The notes below the pieces were generated by a model. That model searched no databases, was not told where the DNA came from, and was given only the letters and a program-made list of their open reading frames with translations. From sequence record OM386656.1: DNA of 64,000 bases; one strand, written 5' to 3'. Shown piece after piece: positions 17,266 through 27,348 of this stretch; position 1 is the first letter of the stretch, and each line of letters opens with the position of its first letter. The position numbers and the translations under genes were made by a program. Origin of the DNA: Escherichia phage vB_EcoM_ESCO25.

Positions 17266-18093
17266 TTACAGAATGTGTTGTTTTGTGTAACGATCCAAGA
17301 ATTCAAAGTTTTCAGCATACTTTGAAATTCGGTTGTAACCTTCTCCCAAACATCCGAAGAAAAGTTGCTCTACATAGTAGTGTGGCAATTGGCTAAGAAT
17401 GATTTTGAAGTCTTCGTGATTTTGGCCCATAAGATACTTAATAGGACGAACAAGACACTGTGCATCACGTTCTTCATTAATCATTTTAACAAACGCTTCT
17501 GGTGTATTGATGTAGTTAAAATTCAGTTTAGCTTCAGTATCTGCTTGATTACCTTCATATTTTGCAAAATACAAGAAGTAAACATCATTTTTAACTTGAT
17601 TTTCATCAAGAATCTCAATCAGTTTGTCTTCATGAGTTCCGGTGATATTTACATCATCAATGAACACAAGCTTCTTATCACCCCAGAATTCTTTGTTGCA
17701 GTAGAATGTATCCCCATCAATAAGTTTCTTACGACTAGCTTTATCCAAGAAACCATAATCGTTGATATAGCTAACTTTACGATGAATAATATCCAGTTCT
17801 GCTGAACGACCTTGATCATATTGTGCTTGCAACATATTAAAGTAATTAATAAAATGATCTGTCATCATTGTTGCAGCATTGTGCACATGGTTATAAGGAG
17901 AAGGGATGATAACAAATTGTTCCCCAATATGTTTCATTGCCACTTGAGCAAAAAACTGAAGTACCAATTCTTTACCCATACGACGCGCAGCTTGGTTACT
18001 ACCAAATTTCAATTTTGAATAGTCTTTGATATCAAAAGTAGCAGTTTCCAGGTCATCAAATTTATTTGCAAAAATTTGAGTTTGATTACGCAT
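17266..18093 (-). CDS. phosphoribosyltransferase-like protein (type I PRTase motif)
   Basis: 275 aa; KKLVFIDDVNITGTHEDKL resembles the PRPP-binding motif (hydrophobic-DD-x-ITTG-T). Confidence 0.45.
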   Translation of the reverse strand: MRNQTQIFANKFDDLETATFDIKDYSKLKFGSNQAARRMGKELVLQFFAQVAMKHIGEQFVIIPSPYNHVHNAATMMTDHFINYFNMLQAQYDQGRSAELDIIHRKVSYINDYGFLDKASRKKLIDGDTFYCNKEFWGDKKLVFIDDVNITGTHEDKLIEILDENQVKNDVYFLYFAKYEGNQADTEAKLNFNYINTPEAFVKMINEERDAQCLVRPIKYLMGQNHEDFKIILSQLPHYYVEQLFFGCLGEGYNRISKYAENFEFLDRYTKQHIL

Positions 18094-18742
18094 TTACAAT
18101 TTCTCCTCTTTTAAGTTTCTCTAGTAAGTCGTTAGGGTTCTTAATATGACAGAAGTTAATCCCTATGTCAACACATTTACCATCAAATTCTTCGCTGTCC
18201 CCAACATGTAAAATCTCTTCAGCCTTCAAAGGAATGCTTGAATATGTGGCGGTCCTAACAAAGAATCTAGGATCTGGTTTACATAACAGATGTTCGTCTG
18301 AAAAATGCATAAATTCAAAACAATTCCAACTGTCGAACATACAAGCACGACGCAAAATATCCCCAGATATAAAATTAGTATTGCTTTTAATACTAAGATC
18401 ATATTTACCAGACAAGTATAGCAAACAAACTGGCAAATCTAAAGCGATATGTGGAGGAAATTTAAGAAACCATTGCTCACACTCAAAACGCATTTGTGCA
18501 GATTCTACAGGGGTTAAACCTATCTTTCTTCCCAACATATTCCATGCATATGCTACACCTTCTGCACACCCATTTAGTGCAGCATTATCCATAATTTCTT
18601 TGGCATCTTTATATGCTTCTTTTGCCGCACGTTCAGACATTCTACCATATGTAGCAATAGTGTGCGTACGTGCATCTGCATAGTTTTGATTGGCAGAAAT
18701 AAGAGTATTCCATACATCAAAAGAAATATGTTTTATTGTCAT
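18086..18742 (-). CDS. HAD-superfamily hydrolase-like protein
   Basis: Start set at MTIKHISFDVWNTL; HAD motif I-like FDVWNTL (second Asp absent, as in dehalogenase-like members), motif III KPDP, motif IV HVGDSEEFD. Confidence 0.5.
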   Translation of the reverse strand: MTIKHISFDVWNTLISANQNYADARTHTIATYGRMSERAAKEAYKDAKEIMDNAALNGCAEGVAYAWNMLGRKIGLTPVESAQMRFECEQWFLKFPPHIALDLPVCLLYLSGKYDLSIKSNTNFISGDILRRACMFDSWNCFEFMHFSDEHLLCKPDPRFFVRTATYSSIPLKAEEILHVGDSEEFDGKCVDIGINFCHIKNPNDLLEKLKRGEIVNA

Positions 18743-18743
18743 A

Positions 18744-19349
18744 CTAGGCCCACCACGCATCAAGATTTAAGTTACTGTCTACCACAACTTGTTCTATGTG
18801 GTAGCCTTTTATCTGTATCCCACTGTTCAAGAGCATATCATATGCTTCATTGAAACGCAACTTATCTTCTGCGGAATATAAGCGAGCATTGTAAAATCGG
18901 TAATCAAGTTCTTCAGCATTAGAAGAAATACGGAAGAAGTTTGTTTCTACTTCAGGATCACTTGCTGAAGTTTTAATGTGAACTTCTCCGTAATTTTCTT
19001 TGCTTAGATCCATGAAAAGAACACAGGCAACATGTTTAAACATTCGTTCCAGTTTGTAACGAACAACATTGAAACCTGCGTTCTCAAGTTTTTCTACACA
19101 TTGCAACATTAACGTAGTGTCGAGATCGCTTTGATACTTTGTTAACATACGATCACGTTGAGACTTTGTATCCCGATGTAAATCAATTGTTGTGCATTTG
19201 GCACCAATGATCTTAGCTGCTTTCATCAACTCTTCAGAACTAACGTTAGATAAAGTAAGATGAAAATGGGCTTTCCACACTTTTTTAGCAGGGACACCAA
19301 AAGATTTATCCCCACTATTCGGCATGTTGACTACTACACTATGTTGCAT
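18744..19349 (-). CDS. hypothetical protein
   Basis: 201 aa ORF. Confidence 0.5.
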   Translation of the reverse strand: MQHSVVVNMPNSGDKSFGVPAKKVWKAHFHLTLSNVSSEELMKAAKIIGAKCTTIDLHRDTKSQRDRMLTKYQSDLDTTLMLQCVEKLENAGFNVVRYKLERMFKHVACVLFMDLSKENYGEVHIKTSASDPEVETNFFRISSNAEELDYRFYNARLYSAEDKLRFNEAYDMLLNSGIQIKGYHIEQVVVDSNLNLDAWWA

Positions 19350-19364
19350 TACTTATCTCCTCAC

Positions 19365-19556
19365 TTAAAATGGAAGTCTTTGAAGTTCATCTCCTCCGAT
19401 ATCAAGTAATTTAGCAACATCTCGATCAGAAAGCAACTCTTTTCTTTGTAAAATATCCACAAGGGTTGCAAGAATGTCCTTAACGTCCCGATCATTGTTC
19501 TTCAAAAGTTCTCCTGCCGTCCCTACCCTATCTCCTACAGCAAAATATGTAACCAT
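19365..19556 (-). CDS. hypothetical small protein
   Basis: Start trimmed to ATG with GGAGG 5 nt upstream (MVTYFAVGD...). Confidence 0.4.
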   Translation of the reverse strand: MVTYFAVGDRVGTAGELLKNNDRDVKDILATLVDILQRKELLSDRDVAKLLDIGGDELQRLPF

Positions 19557-19569
19557 AAAACCTCCTACG

Positions 19570-20040
19570 CTAATCTGATTGCCAACCACTCGCCGTTTTG
19601 GTCCATAATCTTTGATTATCTGACCCTCTGAAAGGTTTTGTGGTTGGATTGTTTATTTCATACTTTCCGTCTACAATAATGTCAACAAGATTTTTAATAT
19701 ACAAAGGCACTTCCTCAAAAGTATATCCTGTATACACCATTATATCTTTGCTTGACCCATAAACGTCTCTAACCTTTTCTATAAGGTTTTTAACATTGTA
19801 AATATTCTGCGGATCTAATGGTTCTCCTCCTAAAATTGTTAAACCTTTTACAAACGGTCTTGACAAATCTTTTAAAACTTGCTCTACATTTTCGTTAGTG
19901 AACGGTTTCCCATAAGAATAAGACCAGGCTTTCTGGTTAAAACAGCCACGACAACCGTGGCTACAACCACTAACCCAGAGGGAGCACCTAACTCCCTCAC
20001 CATTAATAAGATCTACAGGTTCATATCCTGCAAAATTCAA
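19570..20040 (-). CDS. nrdG: anaerobic ribonucleotide reductase activating protein (radical SAM)
   Basis: 156 aa; CSLWVSGCSHGCRGCFN cysteine cluster; overlaps nrdD by 4 nt. Confidence 0.85.
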   Translation of the reverse strand: MNFAGYEPVDLINGEGVRCSLWVSGCSHGCRGCFNQKAWSYSYGKPFTNENVEQVLKDLSRPFVKGLTILGGEPLDPQNIYNVKNLIEKVRDVYGSSKDIMVYTGYTFEEVPLYIKNLVDIIVDGKYEINNPTTKPFRGSDNQRLWTKTASGWQSD

Positions 20041-21851
20041 AGATGTTTCTCCCTTTGCAAAACTTCCTGCATTTTACCTTTGTTATAAGGCCGTGAATTA
20101 GGGGCAGAAAGATACCCTGATACACGTCTAACTACAGAAATAGTTTCTTCTTCATGGTTGCCACAATTAGGACACTCAAACCCTTTAGCCGTTGCCTTAA
20201 ATTCTCCATGAAAACCACACTTAAAGCATTGATCCACGGGCTGATTAATACCAAAATAGTGAATATGTTCATAAGCGTAGTCTACTAAAGTCTCCAAAGC
20301 TTCTAAGTTATTCTTTAAGTTTGGTGTTTCGACATAACTTATGTTACCACCATTGCTAATCTGTGCAAAACCTGCTTCATAATCCCATTTTTCAAAAGGA
20401 TTTGTTACCAACCATACAGGTTGATGAAAAGAATTAGTAAGATAGTCTCTTTCTACCAGACCTGGATATTTTTCATTTAAAGCTGTTGCAAATTTATAGC
20501 ACAAGGATTCTGCTGGAGTTCCATAAAGACTAAATGCCAACTTAGATCGTTCTTTAAACACAGCACACACATCTTTCATATGTTGCAGAATGTTTTTACC
20601 TAGTTCCTTTTTATCTTTTTCCTCTGGATAAAGGATTTCCAAAGCTTCGGCAAGACCTACATAACCAATACTAATAGAAGCATAACCACCTTCAAACAAA
20701 GCACCAATTTCATCGTTGGCATTTAAACGCGCTAAAGCCCCTTCCATGAAAAGAATAGGGTTTTCAGATGCTTTGGTATGTCTGATACGGTTTACACGTA
20801 GCATGTGAGCATCGTAGGCTATCTCCATATGTTTATTAAGAAGATCGGTGAAAGATTCTCCTTTACTTCTCGCTTCCGCAGCAATCAGAGGCAAGTTGAT
20901 AGAAACTACTCCAAGGTTGAATCGTCCATCATATTTTTCTCCTTGTTCGGTGGCATAGTACGACAAAAAGGAACGACAACCCATACTCGTAACGGTACCA
21001 TCTGCTGATCCCGTAACTTCTTTGTTCAAAGGAACAGAAATAAAATCTGGATAAATACGATCAGCACAACATGCCAAAGCTTGTTGCTTAAGGTCGTAGT
21101 TAGGATCACTAGGTTTCATGTTAACACCTTCTTGTAAAAAGAAAATAACTTTAGGGAATACAGGCGTTACATGATCTTTACCTAGACCGTTACTATGCAC
21201 TTTAAGATAGTTAGCTGTGATCATTCTGCCAAAAACAGAGGTATCCAGACCCATACTGATTGTAATAAAAGGAGATTGTCCATTAACACTCATTAAAGTG
21301 TTAACCTGATACAAAAGAGTTTGCATAGCGTCATATACATCTTGTTCGGTCATTTCTAGGGCTTCTTTCCTTGCATAACAACCGTAGCGACGTTTGGTTA
21401 TCTCCATGTTTTTAAGGAAACTGGCTTCAACATAAGGACTAAGACCTTTATCAATGTGCGCACACGTCTGACCTCCATACTGACTGGAGGCAACAGCTTG
21501 GATGATTTGAGTTAGCACTGTAGTAGCTACTCCAATAGATTTTGGTTTTTCTATCTGTGCAGCACCGATCTTAAAACCATTCTCTAACATATCTTGATAA
21601 TTAACAAGACAACAGTTTGTAAGAGGAGAGAGCAGATAATCCAAGTCGTGAATATGTCCAAAACCTTCTGTATGCCATTCTGACAAGTTTTTTGGCAGTA
21701 TCTGTGTCATTGCCATATGTTTGCTTAAAATCCCCGCCAAGAGATCCCTGTGCGTGTTAACAAGGTGGGAAGGTTTGTTTGCATTCTCTCTAGTGTATGT
21801 TTCTGAAGTGCGATCTAAAAAAGAAAAAACATCTTGGTACAAATCTTTCAT
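20037..21851 (-). CDS. nrdD: anaerobic ribonucleoside-triphosphate reductase (class III)
   Basis: 604 aa; C-terminal zinc ribbon CFKCG...CPNCG and glycyl-radical motif RRVSGYL. Confidence 0.9.
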   Translation of the reverse strand: MKDLYQDVFSFLDRTSETYTRENANKPSHLVNTHRDLLAGILSKHMAMTQILPKNLSEWHTEGFGHIHDLDYLLSPLTNCCLVNYQDMLENGFKIGAAQIEKPKSIGVATTVLTQIIQAVASSQYGGQTCAHIDKGLSPYVEASFLKNMEITKRRYGCYARKEALEMTEQDVYDAMQTLLYQVNTLMSVNGQSPFITISMGLDTSVFGRMITANYLKVHSNGLGKDHVTPVFPKVIFFLQEGVNMKPSDPNYDLKQQALACCADRIYPDFISVPLNKEVTGSADGTVTSMGCRSFLSYYATEQGEKYDGRFNLGVVSINLPLIAAEARSKGESFTDLLNKHMEIAYDAHMLRVNRIRHTKASENPILFMEGALARLNANDEIGALFEGGYASISIGYVGLAEALEILYPEEKDKKELGKNILQHMKDVCAVFKERSKLAFSLYGTPAESLCYKFATALNEKYPGLVERDYLTNSFHQPVWLVTNPFEKWDYEAGFAQISNGGNISYVETPNLKNNLEALETLVDYAYEHIHYFGINQPVDQCFKCGFHGEFKATAKGFECPNCGNHEEETISVVRRVSGYLSAPNSRPYNKGKMQEVLQREKHL

Positions 21852-21921
21852 TATTAATCCTTATTTTGTGAGTAGAACTATTATTCTACCTCTTTCAACC
21901 GAAAAAAGCTTTGAGGGAAAT

Positions 21922-21947
21922 CAAAAAAGGCGCAAAGTGCGCCTTTA
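21922..21947 (-). terminator. intrinsic terminator after gene 21955..23370
   Basis: GGCGCA-aag-TGCGCC hairpin; on the minus strand followed by TTTTTTGATTT. Confidence 0.6.
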
Positions 21948-21954
21948 AGTTTTA

Positions 21955-23370
21955 TCATTTGGAGAGGAATTGTCTTCCCATGATCTTACCGTTCTTCACA
22001 GCGGTCCCATCGTGTCCATTGTAATCCCAGGTTCCATCGATATTACGCAAGAAGCTATCACGAACAGTATAGGCTTTACCGTTCTCTACTTTACTTTCTT
22101 CCACAATGATTGCCATAACAAGCTTATTTTCAATTTCGGTAGTAACCGATTCTTTGATACCCTCTGTAACTTCACGATCATATTGGATATAAACTCGCTC
22201 CTCGGTTACTTGCACGTCTACCACATTTTTAAATGTGTAGGTCTGTTGCGTAGTGTAGAGGACACGAACGACACTCTTCTTACCTACCGGAGGCTTCTTA
22301 CGAGGCTTACGGTAACGTGGTTTAGGGTTGTTAGTTGGAAGCCAACCAACAATATCCCGATCATATCCAACATGACCCCAAGTGAAATGCGTAGCCGATC
22401 CACTATCCGTAGTTCCGTCACGAAAGAGAACTTCTACGTGACCACCACAAGGGCGGTGTCCACCATTATTATAGTTGTATTTTGCCGTGCGCGGGAGAAT
22501 GAAGTATTCTTTAATCGCCCACTCTTCCAGATTGTCGATATTCCAAGTGAATACTGTTCCCTTAGCAACATCTGTTTGACCATTGTTGAAGCGAACCTGC
22601 ACGAAATCTTCCGAAGGCATAACACCTGTGTTCGGCAGATATTCAAATGCAGTATCTTCCGCTACAAACTGTTCTTCCTCTTGCTCCTCAATACTTGGCA
22701 CAGGCGCAGCTTCATCGTATTTCGCAGCAAACATATTTTTAAATTCTTGAGCCGTGACTTCTACAAGGCCGCGATCACCAGTAGCAGCAGAGTGTGGGCG
22801 TGGTAAATCCCCAACTTCAATATGCATTGCATCTAAGCCTGCTTGACGATCAAAGAAGATAACCTTGCGGAATTGTTTATCTTTATATTGTGGCAGTTCA
22901 TACATACTTGGATCGATTGTCTTCAAACGTTCAGCATCTTCTGGCTTCCAGAAGCTTTTACCTGTTGCAAATCTAAAGTCTACCAGTAGTTTAACAACAT
23001 CTCCTAATGATAAACTATCTGCATCTACGAAAACGTCTTCGATTCCCAATAACCCTGATTTCTTAAGAATCAAATCTAACATGTAACCTCCTGTGGTTTG
23101 TTCTGCGTCTGGATAACGATCAACACTGGTGCTGGTTACACCGTTTATTTCACCAGTGGAGGCATTGTAGGAAATATATGGGAAGGTCATATCGTTCATT
23201 GCAAAATCACCTGAACAGGTTGGATCATCTTCTCCCTCCCAGCCATACACCTTCACAATACCTTCACACAATTTGTCATACACACCAGCGCGACGTGCTG
23301 CTTCAGCAACTTCCTGTTTACGGGCAAATTTATTAATCATGATTCCTCCTGTTAATTGCCATAGATGCAC
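21955..23370 (-). CDS. hypothetical protein (471 aa)
   Basis: Long ORF, co-oriented; no motif recognised. Confidence 0.55.
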   Translation of the reverse strand: MHLWQLTGGIMINKFARKQEVAEAARRAGVYDKLCEGIVKVYGWEGEDDPTCSGDFAMNDMTFPYISYNASTGEINGVTSTSVDRYPDAEQTTGGYMLDLILKKSGLLGIEDVFVDADSLSLGDVVKLLVDFRFATGKSFWKPEDAERLKTIDPSMYELPQYKDKQFRKVIFFDRQAGLDAMHIEVGDLPRPHSAATGDRGLVEVTAQEFKNMFAAKYDEAAPVPSIEEQEEEQFVAEDTAFEYLPNTGVMPSEDFVQVRFNNGQTDVAKGTVFTWNIDNLEEWAIKEYFILPRTAKYNYNNGGHRPCGGHVEVLFRDGTTDSGSATHFTWGHVGYDRDIVGWLPTNNPKPRYRKPRKKPPVGKKSVVRVLYTTQQTYTFKNVVDVQVTEERVYIQYDREVTEGIKESVTTEIENKLVMAIIVEESKVENGKAYTVRDSFLRNIDGTWDYNGHDGTAVKNGKIMGRQFLSK

Positions 23371-23890
23371 GAGGTTCGGCTATGGCTGTTGCATAAATAT
23401 ATGGATGACCTTGTGGGGACAATCTTGTTCCGAATGACCCTAATTCTAAACCATTCATGTCTTCCACGTCAAGCCCTATTTCTGTTTCTACAATTCTTGT
23501 TTGGACTTTGTAGTAGGTCCAGAAGAAGTATCGCATTTCTTCGGCATACTCTTTCACTTCACCAAAGCTGGGATAGAACTCAATCAACTCCAGCTTCAAG
23601 AAGATGTTGAAGTGAGAATCATCCAACACTTCCTCTGTGCGGTAACATGGTGTCAGGGCCATGTAGGGATGACCAGCGATAAACTCGTAGCCATCCTTTT
23701 CCATTTGCAAGAATGATTGCTCGGCACTGGCAACATAAAACTTCCCATTAGGATGCCCCAAAGGAGCATCTTCTTTGCCAGGTGGCAGTGTGAATGCCAA
23801 AATATCTGCATCCACTAAATAAGGAACATCTAACATTTCAGCAAAGCGTCCATAACTCTGGATGGCTTCGGCAATCACACCTGTGTTCAT
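23333..23890 (-). CDS. hypothetical protein
   Basis: 185 aa ORF. Confidence 0.5.
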   Translation of the reverse strand: MNTGVIAEAIQSYGRFAEMLDVPYLVDADILAFTLPPGKEDAPLGHPNGKFYVASAEQSFLQMEKDGYEFIAGHPYMALTPCYRTEEVLDDSHFNIFLKLELIEFYPSFGEVKEYAEEMRYFFWTYYKVQTRIVETEIGLDVEDMNGLELGSFGTRLSPQGHPYIYATAIAEPRASMAINRRNHD

Positions 23891-24138
23891 GACCTTCCTC
23901 CTGTGCTGAAAGCGCGTTTAGTAATGTTGGACATAATGATTAAATCTTGTAAAGTCATATCTGGGAACTGTTGTTCTAAAACTCCCTCGACAGCCCCTAT
24001 AATATCTGACAATTCAACAAGTTGCATTATTTTGCAATCCTGCTCAACAGCATCAAAAAGTTCTTCTACTTCCTCTTTAATCTTTTCTATGCTGCCATAA
24101 GGTTGTTTCTTAATGTCTGTTATGTGATACCCTGCCAT
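23887..24138 (-). CDS. possible MazG-like nucleotide pyrophosphohydrolase domain protein
   Basis: 83 aa; IKEEVEELFDAV...ELSDIIGAVEGV resembles the MazG E-x2-E / E-x2-D helices; weak. Confidence 0.35.
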   Translation of the reverse strand: MAGYHITDIKKQPYGSIEKIKEEVEELFDAVEQDCKIMQLVELSDIIGAVEGVLEQQFPDMTLQDLIIMSNITKRAFSTGGRS

Positions 24139-25731
24139 TTAACGATCCTCTCTGATTTGATTAATCTTACGAGCAAGGGCAGCTATAAGCTTATCTTCTT
24201 CAGATACAGGAGCCGTGCTCTTACCTAAACGATGCATGTCTAAAATCTCTTGAACAGTTCGGTTCCATTGCAGACATTTAATACAACGTGTATGTGCAAC
24301 ATACAGAAGATTTCGTTCTGATTCTTCAAGACCTACCCACTCACCCTTCTTATCGTAATTAGAAGGGAAGTCATTTGCAACAATAACCTGATCCCATTCC
24401 AAACCTTTTGATTTGTGGGCTGTAGTTAAAGTAACTTTAGCCGTTGGAGAGTTACGGTGCATACGTAAAGTGTATGCAATATTATTAGCTTTACCAGAAA
24501 CAACAATGTTTAAAAGTCGTTTTGCATCAGGATCTGATTCTGCACACTCTACAAATTCTTCCCAAGAAGTGTAAGGTAGAACTGTCTCATGCTTAACTTT
24601 GTCCAAATCACCTCTACGTAAAGCATTAACACTATCAACCATAGAAATGAAATCTTTGGTATCTACGTTAATAATAATCTCTTCTCCGTTAGCGATTCGG
24701 TCCATAGCTTCGAGCAACAGGGTCAAATTCTTACGGAAAATAATGGTGTAAGGTTTACTATAATCTACCACATCAGAATGAAAACTTCCAGTGACAGTAT
24801 CATAACCTTTCCCTACCAGCGGATGCTTCAGAGGTGAGCGATCAGAAAGGATCGCATTAGCAATGTCCGCAACTTTAGGACCAAAGCGAAAACAAGCTGT
24901 CAGAGGCAACTCAACCCCATATGTAGCCGTTTGCTTCATCATGTTCTGGCTTCCACGGAACTGATAAATACTCTGAAACTCATCACCCACAACAACAATA
25001 CGTTTAGCCGATTTAGCATTGCGAAGGATAGACAGGAATGCAGGGTTAACATCCTGGAATTCATCTCCAAAAATAATATCGTATCCTAAATCTTCTTTAC
25101 TCAATTCAAAGAGTTTCACATAGGTGTCATGAGTCATAATGGTTTCTGATTTAGGATCAATACGCTCACGCCAAAGTTGCTTCGCATATTTAACAACTTC
25201 GTTAATAAGTTTTTGTTCGTTGATGTTCTTACGTTTAAGATCTGACATATGCACTTTAGGAAAATGTTTATGTCCAATATGTTCATCGTCAGAAAACTCG
25301 TATTTAGCTAAAGTTTGTTTTACCATTAACCCGATCATTGCACGAGTCAGTAGCACTTTACCATTCTTATCAATCAAGTTCTGAATCTTGAATTTTTTGG
25401 CAATCTCACTACCAGTTCCAGCTACGTTAACATATTGACCTTCTGGACGAGACAATTTGTGTCGAAGGTTTTGTGGAAGACGCTGGTAACAGATTGAATG
25501 TAGCGTTCGGCACATAACATTAGGCGGCATTTTACGTCGAGCTTCCTCTGCCATACTTTTGTTAAACGCCAAGTATAGAATACTATCATTTGTGCCATTA
25601 GCCAACATATACAGCGTTGACGTTTTACCTGATCCAGATTTAGCTTGAATTGTAACGAAACGATTTTCTTGATACCCACTTTCAATAGCGTATTGTTCGT
25701 CGGTAGGTGTAAAACTCAATTGTGTAGACAC
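24139..25731 (-). CDS. UvrD/Rep-like superfamily 1 DNA helicase
   Basis: 530 aa; Walker A AKSGSGKTS, DEFQD box (IIFGDEFQDVNPAF), C-terminal VAHTRC. Confidence 0.7.
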   Translation of the reverse strand: MSTQLSFTPTDEQYAIESGYQENRFVTIQAKSGSGKTSTLYMLANGTNDSILYLAFNKSMAEEARRKMPPNVMCRTLHSICYQRLPQNLRHKLSRPEGQYVNVAGTGSEIAKKFKIQNLIDKNGKVLLTRAMIGLMVKQTLAKYEFSDDEHIGHKHFPKVHMSDLKRKNINEQKLINEVVKYAKQLWRERIDPKSETIMTHDTYVKLFELSKEDLGYDIIFGDEFQDVNPAFLSILRNAKSAKRIVVVGDEFQSIYQFRGSQNMMKQTATYGVELPLTACFRFGPKVADIANAILSDRSPLKHPLVGKGYDTVTGSFHSDVVDYSKPYTIIFRKNLTLLLEAMDRIANGEEIIINVDTKDFISMVDSVNALRRGDLDKVKHETVLPYTSWEEFVECAESDPDAKRLLNIVVSGKANNIAYTLRMHRNSPTAKVTLTTAHKSKGLEWDQVIVANDFPSNYDKKGEWVGLEESERNLLYVAHTRCIKCLQWNRTVQEILDMHRLGKSTAPVSEEDKLIAALARKINQIREDR

Positions 25732-25745
25732 GTGTTTCTCCTCTC

Positions 25746-26255
25746 TTAATAAAAACTCTTGACAATCCTCATCATTTCCTTAGCTCTGCTGGCATAAGGT
25801 TCTTTTAGATTAGGTGGCAAATGTGCATTAATGTATCCCATTTGTTTTTCCCATGTCCACTTATCTTTAAATCTTGGCATGGTATCTCCTGCTAAACTGT
25901 TTTCTTTTCGTGTTTGAATAATCCAATTACATGGAAAATGCACACCACCTTTACGGAAGGGAATATAATGTCCCAATGTGAATGCCTTATTGTTCTTTAA
26001 ACGTCCAGCTAAATTAAGATTAACAATAAGACTACGAAACACATAGTATTGATAAAGATTGTCAACAGTATATACAGAGTAGTATGCTCTAAGTGCATTA
26101 TCTCTACTAAGATTACCAACATCCAAACTGCACCAGTTTAAATTACTTGGATCATAGTTGTGATTATCAATCCATTCTTCTCTTTCCTCAAATTCTGCAT
26201 TAACAGCAGATTGCCCTGCTGTAGATACAAAAAGAGAATTTGCATCAAAGAACAT
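25746..26255 (-). CDS. hypothetical protein, possible HNH-like nuclease
   Basis: 169 aa; GHYIPFRKGGVHFPCNW is HNH-like (His...GG...N); weak. Confidence 0.35.
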   Translation of the reverse strand: MFFDANSLFVSTAGQSAVNAEFEEREEWIDNHNYDPSNLNWCSLDVGNLSRDNALRAYYSVYTVDNLYQYYVFRSLIVNLNLAGRLKNNKAFTLGHYIPFRKGGVHFPCNWIIQTRKENSLAGDTMPRFKDKWTWEKQMGYINAHLPPNLKEPYASRAKEMMRIVKSFY

Positions 26256-26265
26256 ACTCCCTCCT

Positions 26266-26676
26266 TTAGTTTACATCGTTTAGAGCATTACCAATCTTTA
26301 AGATAATAACATCGTTAAGGGCTTCTTCTCCATTAAGGCCAGAGAAAGCAGGAGTAACGAAAGTTACCATATAATAATGGTCTTCTTGTAGGATTGCGAT
26401 AACGCCGTCTAGTTTAACATCTCCTGTGAAACGAAAAACTTTCAACTTTTGTTCTAAAGGAAGATCTCCTTCAACATTTAAAACCATATCTCCAACACCA
26501 AACTTTTCTGCCCCGATGTAGATGTAAGCTTGGTCCTCTTTTTTATGATAATACAGTGTTGCTTGTTTGTCTTGTAGTGTTGTGATACCAAACACATCTA
26601 CATCAATAATATTTTTCAAAAATTCTCCTCCCAAATCCAATAATTGTCTACATAAGTAGGATGCCTTTTGTCCCAC
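26266..26676 (-). CDS. hypothetical protein
   Basis: 136 aa; 61-nt overlap with the upstream gene; an alternative TTG start overlapping the upstream TGA (TTTTGA) is possible. Confidence 0.45.
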   Translation of the reverse strand: MGQKASYLCRQLLDLGGEFLKNIIDVDVFGITTLQDKQATLYYHKKEDQAYIYIGAEKFGVGDMVLNVEGDLPLEQKLKVFRFTGDVKLDGVIAILQEDHYYMVTFVTPAFSGLNGEEALNDVIILKIGNALNDVN

Positions 26677-26984
26677 TCTTTTCTAGCCCAAGCCACGGCT
26701 GCTATCAATACATCTCCATGACAAGGTTGAGGGGAGCAGAAGCAAACTAAATCTTTCCCTTCTAGCTCTAATAAATCTTCAAGAGTGATCTTACCACAAC
26801 GAATTTGCTCCCACAACCACTCTTTATACCTTTGTATAGTTGATCCTCGTGGTTCATCATCTTTTAACTTAAAAGGGTTTGCAAACTTGGAGGCTTTTAG
26901 TCCCATGTGTGGCATTGCTCTACCAATATAAACAGCACCTTCTGGGATTGTTTTGCCTAAATGGTAAAAGTTTAATACCTTCAT
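26616..26984 (-). CDS. conserved Cys/His-motif protein (DUF4326-like)
   Basis: 122 aa; LVCFCSPQPCHGDVL motif. Confidence 0.4.
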   Translation of the reverse strand: MKVLNFYHLGKTIPEGAVYIGRAMPHMGLKASKFANPFKLKDDEPRGSTIQRYKEWLWEQIRCGKITLEDLLELEGKDLVCFCSPQPCHGDVLIAAVAWARKEWDKRHPTYVDNYWIWEENF

Positions 26985-26985
26985 A

Positions 26986-27348
26986 TTAACCTAAACACAT
27001 ACGTGCGATCAGACCTTGAATTAGTTTATCTGCTTCTTCTCGATCATAGTCGGTATCTTCTATACCACCATCTTCGTCACGATAAACTTTACCTTCCAGG
27101 TACCCAGCATCGATCAAACCAATAATCAAATCGAACTGCCAACAAGAATTACCGAAAGGACGTTTTCCACTGAAACTGTCTTCTTCTTCCCAAAGTGTAG
27201 AGAGCAGTCGTCTGAAATATTCACGCACAGTAACAGTGCCAAGATCATCGTCTTCAAAAACAACATCTAAAGCATCTGGTTCAGCTTTATCTACAACAGG
27301 CACATAACGTTGACCATTAATAACAACATCTACAATCGTTTCTCTCAT
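26986..27348 (-). CDS. hypothetical protein
   Basis: 120 aa ORF. Confidence 0.5.
   Translation of the reverse strand: MRETIVDVVINGQRYVPVVDKAEPDALDVVFEDDDLGTVTVREYFRRLLSTLWEEEDSFSGKRPFGNSCWQFDLIIGLIDAGYLEGKVYRDEDGGIEDTDYDREEADKLIQGLIARMCLG

Noticed and set aside
21970-22806. Plus-strand ORF (278 aa)
   Set aside because: Antisense to the 471-aa minus-strand gene in a uniformly minus-strand operon; no RBS; likely shadow ORF.
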